From the NCBI RefSeq assembly GCF_963921235.1, contig NC_086108.1:76014001-76078000 (forward strand): 64,000 bases of DNA, read 5' to 3'. Shown here one piece after another: positions 14,258-26,300 of the stretch. Both the position numbers and the translations under genes were made by a program. The stretch's first letter is position 1. The number at the start of each line of letters is the position of its first letter. Source of the stretch: Mobula hypostoma. Taxonomy: Eukaryota. The notes under the pieces were generated by a model that saw only the letters and a program-made list of their open reading frames with translations, was not told where the DNA came from and did no database searches.

Positions 14258-15563
14258 CAAGTCAAGTCGCTTTTTAATTGTCATTTCCACCATAAACTGC
14301 TGGTACAGTATGCAGTAAGAACGAAAACAACATTCCTCCAGGACCATGGTGCTACATGAAACAACACAAAACTACCCTAGACTACAGACCCACAGAGGAC
14401 TGCATAAAGTGCACAAAACAGTGCAGTAAATAATAAACAAGACAATAGGCACAGTAGAGGACAAATAACAATATAATAATAAATGATGTCGATGTCAATC
14501 TGGACTCTGGGTATTAAGGAGTCTGATGGCTTGGGGGAAGAAACTGTTACATAGTCTGGTCGTGAGAGCCCAAATGCTTCGGTACCTTTTGCCAGATGGC
14601 AGGAGGGAAAAGAGTTTGTATGAGGGGTGCGTGGGGTCCTTCACAATGCTGTTGGCTTTATGGGTGCAGCGTGTAGTGTAAATGTCTGTAAAGGCGGGAA
14701 GAGAGACCCCAATGATCTTCTCAGATGACCTCACTATCCGCTGCAGGGTCTTGCAATCTGAGACGGTGCAATTCCCGAACCAGGTAGTGATACAGCTGCT
14801 CAGGATGCTCTCGATACATCCTCTGTAGAATGTGGTAAGGATGGGGGGTGGGAGGTGGACTTTTCTCAGCCTTCGCAGAAAGTAGAAACGCTGCTGGGCT
14901 TTCTTGGCTATGGAGCTGGTGTTGAGGGTACAGGTGAGATTCTCTGCCAGGTGATCACCAAAAAATTTCGTGCTCTTAGCGATCTCAACGGAGAAGCCGT
15001 CAATGTTCAGCGGAGAGTGGTCACTCCGCGTCCTCCTGAAGTCAACAACCATCTCTTTTGTTTTGTTCACATTCAGAGACAGGTTGTTGGCTCTGCACCA
15101 GTCCGTTAGCCGCTACACCTCCTCTCTGTATGCTGACTCGTCGTTCTTGCTGATGAGACCCACCACGGTTGTGTCATCGGCGAACTTGATGATGTGATTC
15201 GAGCTGTGTATTGCTGCACAGTCGTGGGTCAGCAGAATGAACAGCAGTGGACTAAGCACACAGCCCTGGTGGGCTCCCGTGCTCAGTGTGATGGTGTTGG
15301 AGATGCAGCTCCCAATCTGGACTGACTGAGGTCTCCCAGTCAGGAAGCCTAGGATCCAGTTGCAGAGGGAGGTGTTCAGGCCCAGCAGTTTCAGCTTTCC
15401 AATCAGGTGCTGAGGAATGATTGTGTTGAATGCTGAAGTCTATGAACAGCATTCGAACATACATGTTCTTTTTTGTTCAGGTGGGTGAGGGCGTCGTCTG
15501 TTGAGTGGTTGGGACAATACACAAACTGCAGGGAGTCCAGTGAGGGGGGCAGCAGGGTCTTGA
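14258..15563 (-). mobile_element. Rex1/Babar-like LINE, 5'-truncated
   Basis: ORF 14495..15070 NKTKEMVVDFRR...[13 protein letters not shown]...[30 protein letters not shown]; short (GACTT) repeat tail. Confidence 0.85.
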
Positions 15564-16794
15564 TGTGCCTCATTTAGTGTCATCTACAAACTTACTTAAC
15601 CATGCCTTGTCCATTTTCGTCCAAATTATTGATATAGGCGACAAACAAAAATGCATCCAGTACCAACCTCCAAAAGACACAAGTTTCTACCATCATTCTG
15701 TGCTTCTCATCATCAAACCAACTGTGTATCGAATTAGTCAGCTCTCCCTGGATTCCATGCAATCTAACTTTACAAAGCAGAGCACAATACTGATTTTGTA
15801 ATTTCACAATATGTTACATAGAAACACAGAAATTTACAGTACATTAAAGGCTCTTCAGCCCACAATGTTGTGCTAACCATGTAACCTACTCTAGAAACTA
15901 CCTAGAATTTCCCTGCTGCATAGCCCTCTATTTTTTTAAGCTCCATGTACCTTTCTAAGAATCTCTTAAAAGACCCTATTGTAACCGCCTCTACCACCTT
16001 CACTGGCAGTGCATTCCATGCACACACCACTCTGTGTGGAACAACTTACCTCTGACATCACCCTTCTACCTGCTTCCAAGCACCTTATAACTATGCCACC
16101 TCGTGTTAGCCGTTTCAGCCCTGGGAAAAAGCCTCAGGCTATTCACACAATCATCTTATACACCTCTGTCAGGTCACTTCTCATCCTCTGTCTCTCCAAG
16201 GGGAAAAGGCTAAGTTTACGCAACCTATTCTCATAAGGCATGCTCTTCAATCCAGGCAACATCCTTGCAAATCTCCTCTGCACTCTTTCTATAGTATCCA
16301 CATCCTTCCTGTAGTGAGGTGACCAGAATTAAACACAGTTCTCCAAGTGGGATCTAACTAAGGTCTTACATAGCTAAAACATTACCTCAGGGCTCTTGAA
16401 CTCAATCCCACAGTTGATGAAGGCCAACACACCATACGCCTTCTTAACAACACCGTCAACCTGCGCAGCAGCTTTAAGTGTCCTATGGACACAGACCCCA
16501 ACATCTCGCTGATCCTCCACACTGTCAAGAGTCTTACCATTAATATTATATTCTGTCTTCAAATTTGACCTACCAAAATGAACCACTTCACACTTGTCAA
16601 GTCTTAGATTTTCAGCAAAATCTTCCCTCCCACCGCCAACTAAGTATAATTCACACTTTTTCTTGTTACAATATTAAAAGATAGCTACATAAAAGATGAT
16701 GGTGGCAAATTTGGCTGTAGTATAACAAAGTAGGTTTGAAGTGATGGGCAATTAATGTGTGCCCATTCAGTTGAAAAACACAGCAAACCAAACT

Positions 16795-16930
16795 GGTAAA
16801 TCTGCAGATGCTGGAATTTTAAGCAACGCACACAAAAAATGCTGGTGAACGCAGCAGGCCAGGCAGCATCTGTAGGAGGAGGTACAGTTGACGTTTCGGG
16901 CCGAGACCCTTCATCATGGCTAACTGAACG
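16795..16930 (-). mobile_element. Penelope pLTR-derived short element with a hammerhead-like motif (core C mutated)
   Basis: Reverse complement is close to 57136-57262; reads GCCATGATGAAGGGTCTCGGCCCGAAACGTCAACTG. Confidence 0.85.
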
Positions 16931-17277
16931 TTCAGTCATCACCTTATATTGTGGTGATTGCATGCCATTATCTGGAATTGGCAAGAAACTGAATCTCATG
17001 CACAACTTCAGTCAGAATTTCCTTTGACTGTCATGTGAAAAGGCAATAAAACAACCACTGCCTATGAAATGGCAGAAAGAGAAGCTGACAGTTAATCTCA
17101 CCAGGCCTCTTCAGAGTCAACTGGCCAAAGGCCATAAAAATTTGTTATGCTCTTGATATTCAGAAGTATTCAAAAACTATCAAAATACATTTGAAAAATG
17201 TTAACAATATTCTGACAGCAGAACTGAGGGTGTATATTCTGACCTATTTCATTCAATCATAAAAATAATTCACTTAC

Positions 17278-17394
17278 ACAGTTTACTTCAGAGATTGTCT
17301 TTTTTGCTCGAACCGCTTTTATTGACTGTGTGGTACTCAACTTCTGTGGTTCCACATGCATTTCTCCATTTTGTCGTAAACCATTCCCTTGTAC
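17278..17394 (-). CDS. zte38: C-terminal region exon (117 nt, VQGNG...[11 protein letters not shown])
   Basis: TATTAG| acceptor, TGT|GTAAGT donor; open in phase 0. Confidence 0.7.
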
Positions 17395-20300
17395 CTAATA
17401 GCAAAAGCCAAATAATTTACACTATAAATATTGCTATTATATACAGAAATTAAAATTTTGTAGGGTTAAATTTTCAGGAGAATGTCCTCTTTCAAGTACA
17501 GGTTCAAAGAACCAGGTTAGACTGATGTTCTAAAACAAAATCAGCAAGTTTTACTTCCAATTCTAGAAGTTAAAATTGGCCTTTATATCACCAAGATATA
17601 TTTGAGATCAAGTATTTACTTCCCTGAATTTGAGTAACTTTCATTGCATTTCTCCAAAATAATATGAACAGATATAACTACTCTCTTAAACAAACTGTTA
17701 AAATGTAACAGATGTGAAAATGATTTCACATCTTTATTGCGAAGGAGAGGCACTGTAAACTGTTAAAGTTCTGTCTTGTCAGGCATATAAATCCTCTCAA
17801 TTTCTGTCTTGGAGAATAGAAGAGATGGCATCCAATGGATTCAAGTGTGAAAGACCAGACAAACATTGTGTAACAATAAAAGTTTTTCATTTGATGAACC
17901 AACAGAACATCTCACTATGAATGAATTCATGATGCTATAATTTTAAGGCTCTAAACTGGACCACAATGCCGAGAAGTAACATAAAACTTAATATGGAAGA
18001 GGGGAAATAGATTTTAAAAAATTAGAAATATAACACACTGACCGGCTCTTTTCCAACTTTTGTCCTTTTGTCTGAAACATCCAGCTCTGCTGCCTTTGCT
18101 ACCAATTGCTTTATCTAAAAGATAAAGAGATCTTTAAGGCAAATACAAAATTGATATCATTGAATTGAATTTATTACTTATATCCTTCATATACATGAGC
18201 AGTAAAAATCTTTATGTTATGCCTCCGTCTAAATGTGCAATTTATAGTAATTTATAATAAATATGTACAACAGGATAGTCAATATAACATAGAAATACAG
18301 TTGTGTCAGCATGAATTAAGCAGTCTGATGGCCTGGTGGAAGAAGCTGTCCCAGAGCCTGTTGGTCCTGGCTTTTGTGCTGCAGTACCGTTTCCTGGATG
18401 GTAGCAGCTGGAACAGTTTGTGGTTGGGGTGACTGGGTCCCCAATGATCCTTCAGGCCCTTTTTACACACCTGTCTTTGTAAATGTCCTGAATAGTGGGA
18501 AGTTCACATCTACAGATGCACTGGGGTGTCTGCACCACTCTCTGCAGAGTCCTGCAATTGAGTGAAGTGCAGTTCCCGTATCAGGCAGTGATGCAGCCAG
18601 TCAGGATGTTCTGAATTGTGCCCCTATTGAAAGTTCTTAGTATTTGGGGGCCCATAGCAAACTTCTTCAACCGTCTGAGGTGAAAGAGGTACGTAATGGT
18701 CTGGTTTTGTTGTAAGGTATGAAGGAATGGATTTCACTGAACATTTAGAACTACCCTAACTTTTCTGGAGGGATCCGTAAGTAAAGACAACACCATGGTT
18801 CTTCAACCAATCAAACAAATACGGTGAGAGGAACACAAATGATAAAACAGACTTTAAAAAAAAAATTAGATATATTTAAGCCATTCTATAGGAAACTGAA
18901 TAAAGATCAGAATAAATATGGAAATAAAGAAGAGTTAAAGAACTAAGGACAGTATAGTAATGCAGCTGGCAGAGCTACTGCTTCACAGCTTCAGTGACCA
19001 AGGTTCAGTTCTGCTCTACTTGTGACTGCATAGGTTCCCCCTTAATGCTCCAGTTTCCTTCCACACCCCAGAGGAGTATGGCTTGATGAATTAACTGACC
19101 ATAGTTAATTGTTCCTAATGTGTAAACAAGTGGTAGAATCTATGATGCAGTTGATGGCAATGTAGGGTGATTAGTATAAAAATGCGTCTTTGATCGAGCA
19201 GATTCATTGAGCTGAAGGGCCTGTTTCTGTGCAATTTTCTATGATTCTAGGATACTTAGAAACATAGAAACATAGAAAATAGGTGCAGGAGTAGGCCATT
19301 CGGCCCTTCGAGCCTGCACCGCCATTTATTATGATCATGGCTGATCATCCAACTCAGAACCCAGCCTTCCCTCCATACCCCCTGACCCCTGTAGCCACAA
19401 GGGCCATATCTAACTTCCTTTTAAACATAGCTAATGAACTGGCCTCAACAGTTTGCTGTGGCAGAGAATTCCACAGATTCACCACTCTCTGTGTGAAGAA
19501 GTTTTTCCTAACCTCGGTCCTAAAAGGCTTCCCCTCTATCCTCAAACTGTGACCCCTCGTTCTAGACCTCCCCAACATCGGGAACAATCTTCCTGCATCT
19601 AGCCTGTCCAATCCCTTTAGGATCTTATACGTTTCAATCAGATCCCCCCTCAATCTTCTAAATTCCAACGAGTACAAGCCCAGTTCATCCAGTCTTTCTT
19701 CATATGAAAGACCTGCCATCCCAGGAATCAATCTGGTGAACCTTCTTTGTACTCCCTCTATGGCAAAGATGTCTTTCCTCAGATTAGGGGACCAAAACTG
19801 CACACAATACTCCAGGTGTGGTCTCACCAAGGCCTTGTACAACTGCAGTAGTACCTCCCTGCTCCTGTACTCGAATCCTCTCGCTATAAATGCCAGCATA
19901 CCGTTCGCCTTTTTCACCGCCTGCTGTACCTGCATGCCCACTTTCAATGACTGGTGTATAATGACACCCAGGTCTCGTTGCACCTCCCCTTTTCCTAATC
20001 GGCCACCATTCAGATAATAATCTGTTTTCCTATTTTTGCCACCAAAGTGGATAACTTCACATTTATCCACATTAAATTGCATCTGCCATGAGTTTGCCCA
20101 CTCACCCAACCTATCCAAGTCACCCTGCATCCTCTTAGCATCCTCCTCACTGCTAACACTGCCACCCAGCTTCGTGTCATCCGCAAACTTGGAGATGCTG
20201 CATTTAATTCCCTCATCCAAGTCATTAATATATATTGTAAACAACTGGGGTCCCAGCACTGAGCCTTGCGGTACCCCACTAGTCACCGCCTGCCATTCTG

Positions 20301-23300
20301 AAAAGGTCCCGTTTATTCCCACTCTTTGCTTCCTGTCTGCTAACCAATTCTCCACCCACACCAATACCTTACCCCCAATACCGTGTGCTTTAAGTTTGCA
20401 CACTAATCTCCTATGTGGGACCTTGTCAAAAGCCTTTTGAAAATCCAAATATACCACATCCACTGGTTCTCCCCTATCCACTCTACTAGTTACATCCTCA
20501 AAAAATTCTATGAGATTCGTCAGACATGATTTTCCTTTCACAAATCCATGCTGACTTTGTCCGATCATTTCACCGCTTTCCAAATGTGCTGTTATCACAT
20601 CCTTGATAACTGACTCCAGCAGTTTCCCCACCACCGACGTTAGGCTAACCGGCCTATAATTCCCCGGTTTCTCTCTCCCTCCTTTTTTAAAAAGTGGGGT
20701 TACATTAGCCACCCTCCAATCCTCAGGAACTAGTCCAGAATCTAACGAGTTTTGAAAAATTATCACTAATGCATCCACTATTTCTTGGGCCACTTCCTTA
20801 AGCACTCTGGGATGCAGACCATCTGGCCCTGGGAATTTATCTGCCTTCAATCCCTTCAATTTACCTAACACCACTTCCCTACTAACATGTATTTCGCTCA
20901 GTTCCTCCATCTCACTGGACCCTCTGTCCCTTACTATTTCTGGAAGATTATTTATGTCCTCCTTAGTGAAGACAGAACCAAAGTAATTATTCAATTGGTC
21001 TGCCATGTCCTTGCTCCCCATAATCAATTCACCTGTTTCTGTTTGCAGGGGACCTACATTTGTCTTTATCAGTCTTTTCCTTTTTACATATCTATAAAAG
21101 CTTTTACAGTCCGTTTTTATGTTCTCTGCCAGTTTTCTCTCATAATCTTTTTTCCCCTTCCTAATTAAGCCCTTTGTCCTCCTCTGCTGAACTCTGAATT
21201 TCTCCCAGTCCTCAGGTGAGCCACTTTCTCTGGCTAATTTGTATGCTACTTCTTTGGAATTGATACTATCCCTAATTTCTCTTGTCAGCCACGGGTGCAC
21301 TACCTTCCTTGATTTATTCTTTTGCCAAACTGGGATGAACAATTGTTGTAGTTCATCCATGCAACCTTTAAATGCCTGCCATTGCATATCCACCGTCAAT
21401 CCTTGAAGTGTCATTTGCCAGTCTATCTTAGCTAATTCATGTCTCATACCTTCAAAGTTACCCCTCTTTAAGTTCAGAACCTTTGTTTCTGAATTAACTA
21501 CGTCACTCTCCATGTTAATGAAGAATTCCACCATATTATGGTCACTCTTACCCAAGGGGCCTCTCACGACAAGATCGCTAATTAACCCTTCCTCATTGCT
21601 CAAAACCCAGTCCAGAATAGCCTGCTCTCTAGTCGGTTCCTCGACATGTTGGTTCAAAAAACCATCCCGCATACATTCCAAGAAATCCTCTTCCTCAGCA
21701 CCTTTACCAATTTGGTTCACCCAGTCTACATGTAGATTGAAGTCACCCATTATAACTGCTGTTCCTTTATTGCACACATTTCTAATTTCCTGTTTAATAC
21801 CATCTCCGACCTCACTACTACTGTTAGGTGGCCTGTACACAACTCCCACCAGCGTCTTCTGCCCCTTAGTGTTACGCAGCTCTACCCATATCGATTCCAC
21901 ATCTTCCCGGCTTATGTCCAGTTAATTCAGAAACAAAGGTTCTGAACTTAAAGAGGGGTAACTTTGAAGGTATGAGACATGAATTAGCTAAGATAGACTG
22001 GCAAATGACACTTTGATAATACACAGCATTGATTTTCTTCAGAGGGAATGAGACTATACAAATGTACAATTATATTTTCAGGACTAGTGAGGTTGTTCGG
22101 GGAATAATAATTTATTAGTACTCATCTGCATCTGAATGAATTACCCGTAACTTTTTTCAGCTGCTTACTTGCGGAAGTACTGCACAAGTACTACACCTTT
22201 GTGTTATTACAGTGATACCACTGCATAACATATTGCTCATCATATTTACCCTACAATTAGTATTATCACAGCAAAATCTGGAACACTAACAAAGACTTAA
22301 CTATTTACTAATCAAATGAAATGTGACAAGAATGAAATTTCACTCCAAATGAAGTTAAATTTTCTGTCCTATCACAAGTTTGCAGTTTTTATTTTGGAGC
22401 ATCACCAGGTCACAGATAAAATCTACTAATGACTGTACATAACTGCCAATTTAAGTACAAAATTATTTAGAGGCTCTCAAAGCATACTCCAATAAATTAT
22501 ATTAAAATGTGTCTGTCATTCTTCAAATTAATACAGTAAGTTATCCTATGATAACTATGTGTCGGTGTTTCAGTGGAGTAAAGGAAATTACAGTGGCATG
22601 AGAGAGGAACTGGCCAAAGTTGACTGGAAAGAGACACTGGCGGGAAAGACGGCAGAGCAGCAGTGGCTGGAGTTTATGCGAAAAATGAGGAATGTGCAAG
22701 ACAGGTATATTCCAAAAAAGAAGAAATTTTCGAGTGGAAAAAGGATGCAACCGTGGTTGACAAGAGAAGTCAAAGCCAAAGTTAAAGCAAAGGAGAAGGC
22801 ATACAAAGAAGCAAAAATTAGTGGGAAGACAGAGGATTGGGAAGTTTTTAAAACCTTACAAAGGGAAACCAAGAAGGTCATTAAGAGAGAAAAGATTAAC
22901 TATGAAAGGAAACTAGCAAATAATATCAAAGAGGATACTAAAAGCTTTTTCAAGTATATAAAGAGTAAAAGACAGGTGAGAGTAGATATAGGACCGATAG
23001 AAAATGATACTGGAGAAATTGTAATGGGAGATGAGGAGATGGCAGAGGAACTGAACAAGTATTTTGCATCAGAATTCACTGAGGAAGACAGCAGGATACT
23101 GGACACTCAAGGGTGGCAGGGAAGAGAAGTGTGCGCAGTCACAATTACGACAGAGAAAGTACTCAGGAAGCTGAATAGGCTAAAGGTCGATAAATCTCCT
23201 GGACCAGATGGAATGCACCCTTGTGTTCTGAAGGAAGTAGCTGTGGAGATTGCGGAGGCATTAGCGATGATCTTTCAAAAGTCGATAGATTCTGGCATGG

Positions 23301-26300
23301 TTCCGGAAGACTGGAAGATTGCAAATGTCACTCCGCTATTTAAGAAGGGGGCAAGGAAGCAAAAAGGAAATTATAGACCTGTTAGCTTGACGTCGGTGGT
23401 TGGGAAGTTGTTGGAGTCGATTGTCAAGGATGAGGTTACAGAGTACTTGGAGGCATATGACAAGATAGGCAGAACTCAGCATGGATTCCTTAAAGGAAAA
23501 TCCTGCCTGACAAACCTATTACAATTTTTTGAGGAAATTACCAGTAGGCTAGACAAGGGAGATGCAGTGGATGTTGTATATTTGGATTTTCAGAAGGCCT
23601 TTGACAAGGTGCCACACATGAGGCTGCTTAACAAGATAAGAGCCCATGGAATTACAGGAAAGTTACATACGTGGATAGAGCGTTGGCTGATTGGCAGGAA
23701 ACAGAGAGTGGGAATAAAGGGATCCTATTCTGGTTGGCTGCTGGTTACCAGTGGTGTTCCACAGGGATCAGTGTTGGGGCCGCTTTTTTTTACATTGTAC
23801 ATCAACGATTTGGATTATGGAATAGATGGCTTTGTGGCTAAGTTTGCTGACTATATGAAGATAGGTGGAGGGGCCGGTAGTGCCGAGGAAACGGAGAGTC
23901 TGCACAGAGACTTGGATAGATTGGAAGAATGGGCAGAGAAGTGGCAAATGAAGTACAATGCTGGAAAGTGTATGGTTATGCACTTTGGCAGAAAAAATAA
24001 ACGGGCAGACTATTATTTAAATGGGGAAAGAATTCAAAGTTCTGAGATGCAACGGGACTTGGGAGTCCTCGTACAGGATTCCCTTAAAGTTAACCTCCAG
24101 GTTGAGTCGGTAGTGAAGAAGGCGAATGCAATGTTGGCATTCATTTCTAGAGGAATAGAGTATAGGAGCAGGGATGTGATGTTGAGGCTCTATAAGGCGC
24201 TGGTGAGAACTCACTTGGAGTACTGTGGGCAGTTTTGGTCTCCTTATTTAAGAAAAGATGTGCTGACGTTGGAGAGGGTACAGAGAAGATTCACTAGAAT
24301 GATTCCGGGAATGAGAGGGTTAACATATGAGGAACGTTTTTCCGCTCTTGGACTGTATTCCTTGGAGTTTAGAAGAATGAGGGGAGACCTCATAGAAACA
24401 TTTCGAATGTTAAAAGGCATGGACAGAGTGGATGTGGCAAAGTTGTTTCCCATGATGGGGGAGTCTAGTACGAGAGGGCATGACTTCAGGATTGAAGGGT
24501 GCCCTTTCAGAACAGAAATGCGAAAAAATTTTTTTAGTCAGAGGGTGGTGAACCTATGGAATTTGTTGCCACGGGCAGCAGTGGAGGCCAAGTCATTGGG
24601 TGTATTTAAGGCAGAGATTGATAGGTATCTGAGTAGCCAGGGCATCAAAGGTTATGGTGAGAAGGCGGGGCAGTGGGACTAAATAGGATAAAATGGATCA
24701 GCTCATGATAAAATGGTGGAGCAGACTCGATGGGCCGAATGGCCTACTTCTGCTCCTTTGTCTTATGGTCTTATGATTGTAATGCTTTACAAAGGAACAT
24801 TAACCATGAGCCTGAAAAATCTCTTCTTTCCCTTGGTGTAACTAATCCAGACACAAGTGATAAAACATTTGAAGGCACTCTGATACCTAGTACAGATATC
24901 CCCTTAATGGCCACAAAATGTGGTCACCATGCACATTATATATTTTACAAATAAGCATAAATATGAAACATTCTTTTTGTTGATTTGTCAAAAGAATTAA
25001 TACCTCTTTCTCTGAAGGACCAAATGATTGCTCACTAGGCGTGTATTTCTGGAGTATCGGCTGAGCTGTCAGTAATGAAATACACCAAACAGGTTGCTTA
25101 TTTTCCAACTAAATATGTGTCAATATATAAAATATTTCATGTAACCTTTTAATGTTTATGACACTTAACTCAAAATTAGAAATGAAAGCTTTTTGACCCA
25201 TATTCCAATTCCCAGTTTTATCACAAAATCTAGATTGTCCTTTTGCTCTGGCAAATTAAGTTTTATAATCATTCCTTTTTGCTGACAAATACATAAATCC
25301 GCTAATTTGACTTTGCCATAAATTCCTCCATATATTTGCAACATTTCAACATATAGAACACAAAAATTAAGATTTCTTCTGTATGTAAAATTAGAATTAT
25401 TTCTTAAAAGGTACATTTCTTGCATAGGATGAATATTTTTAATCAAGATCCTGAAGTTCACCATTGATCAAAAAAATAAGTAGACCAGCCACATAAATTA
25501 AGTCAGTCAAAGTCTGAGCATTCTCTGGGAAATAATTTATCTCCCAATTCTGGAAAGTTTTCCAACCATCTGCAAAGCACACTAAAAATAGGAAAGCTCC
25601 GTTTGCCTGCATGAATGAAGTTCCAAAATGTCCAATAATGGAAGCACTATTGTGGAGAAAGCAATAGACTTAAACGGCATCCCATCGACCACCCAAAATA
25701 ATTATTTACTTGTATGTGTGGCTATAGTGTACAATACATGCAATAAGTGCATTACAGGTATTTGGAATATGGAAATTCACCTTTATGCAATTAAAAATCA
25801 CTACAAAAATCTAAGATATGGAATAAATATTCTTTCCTATAGACTTTATATGAAAATTTGAAACTTATCAGAAATGTTCATACCAGTAGTATTTTGGTGG
25901 TTTGGAATGCCAGCCATTACAGAGTTTCTGCCCTGTACCAAATGAAATTACAGATGATTAACACACTAATTGCAAAACGAAAATGACAGCATGTACACAT
26001 GCTTGTGAAATCTTAAACATCCCTGTAAGCCACTAGAAAGTTGCTTCCAATCTCTTATAAGTATTCTTGACAAGCTCTAAATCAACAGCATTTAATGACA
26101 TTTCTATTCTCATTATATTTGTTTCTCGTAGAGCTTTTTGGTTTACAGATATCAAACATTCCAAAATAAATTACAAGTAGTTAGTAAGCAAAAAGAACTT
26201 ACACTTTTGATGGACCTGACTTCTTCAAATTCCTGTTGTGAAGTTTCATTTTCCTCATTTAGCATGTTCTCTTTCTTCAGCTGTTCCATTGTCTCTTTCT

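Larger units (their letters stand above)
12490..16600 (-). mobile_element. Fragmented CR1 copies interrupted by Rex1-like LINEs
   Basis: CR1 3'/RT pieces at about 12490-13085, 13955-14255, 15565-15800 and 15815-16600 (ACATAGAAAC tail; VVKKAYGVLAFINCGIEFKS). Confidence 0.75.

Noticed and set aside
19736..21925. Several plus-strand ORFs of 90-137 aa
   Set aside because: Antisense shadows of the CR1 coding strand
19354..24682. The two longest ORFs (848 and 707 aa) as host genes
   Set aside because: They are CR1 ORF2 remnants with LINE tails and 5' truncation
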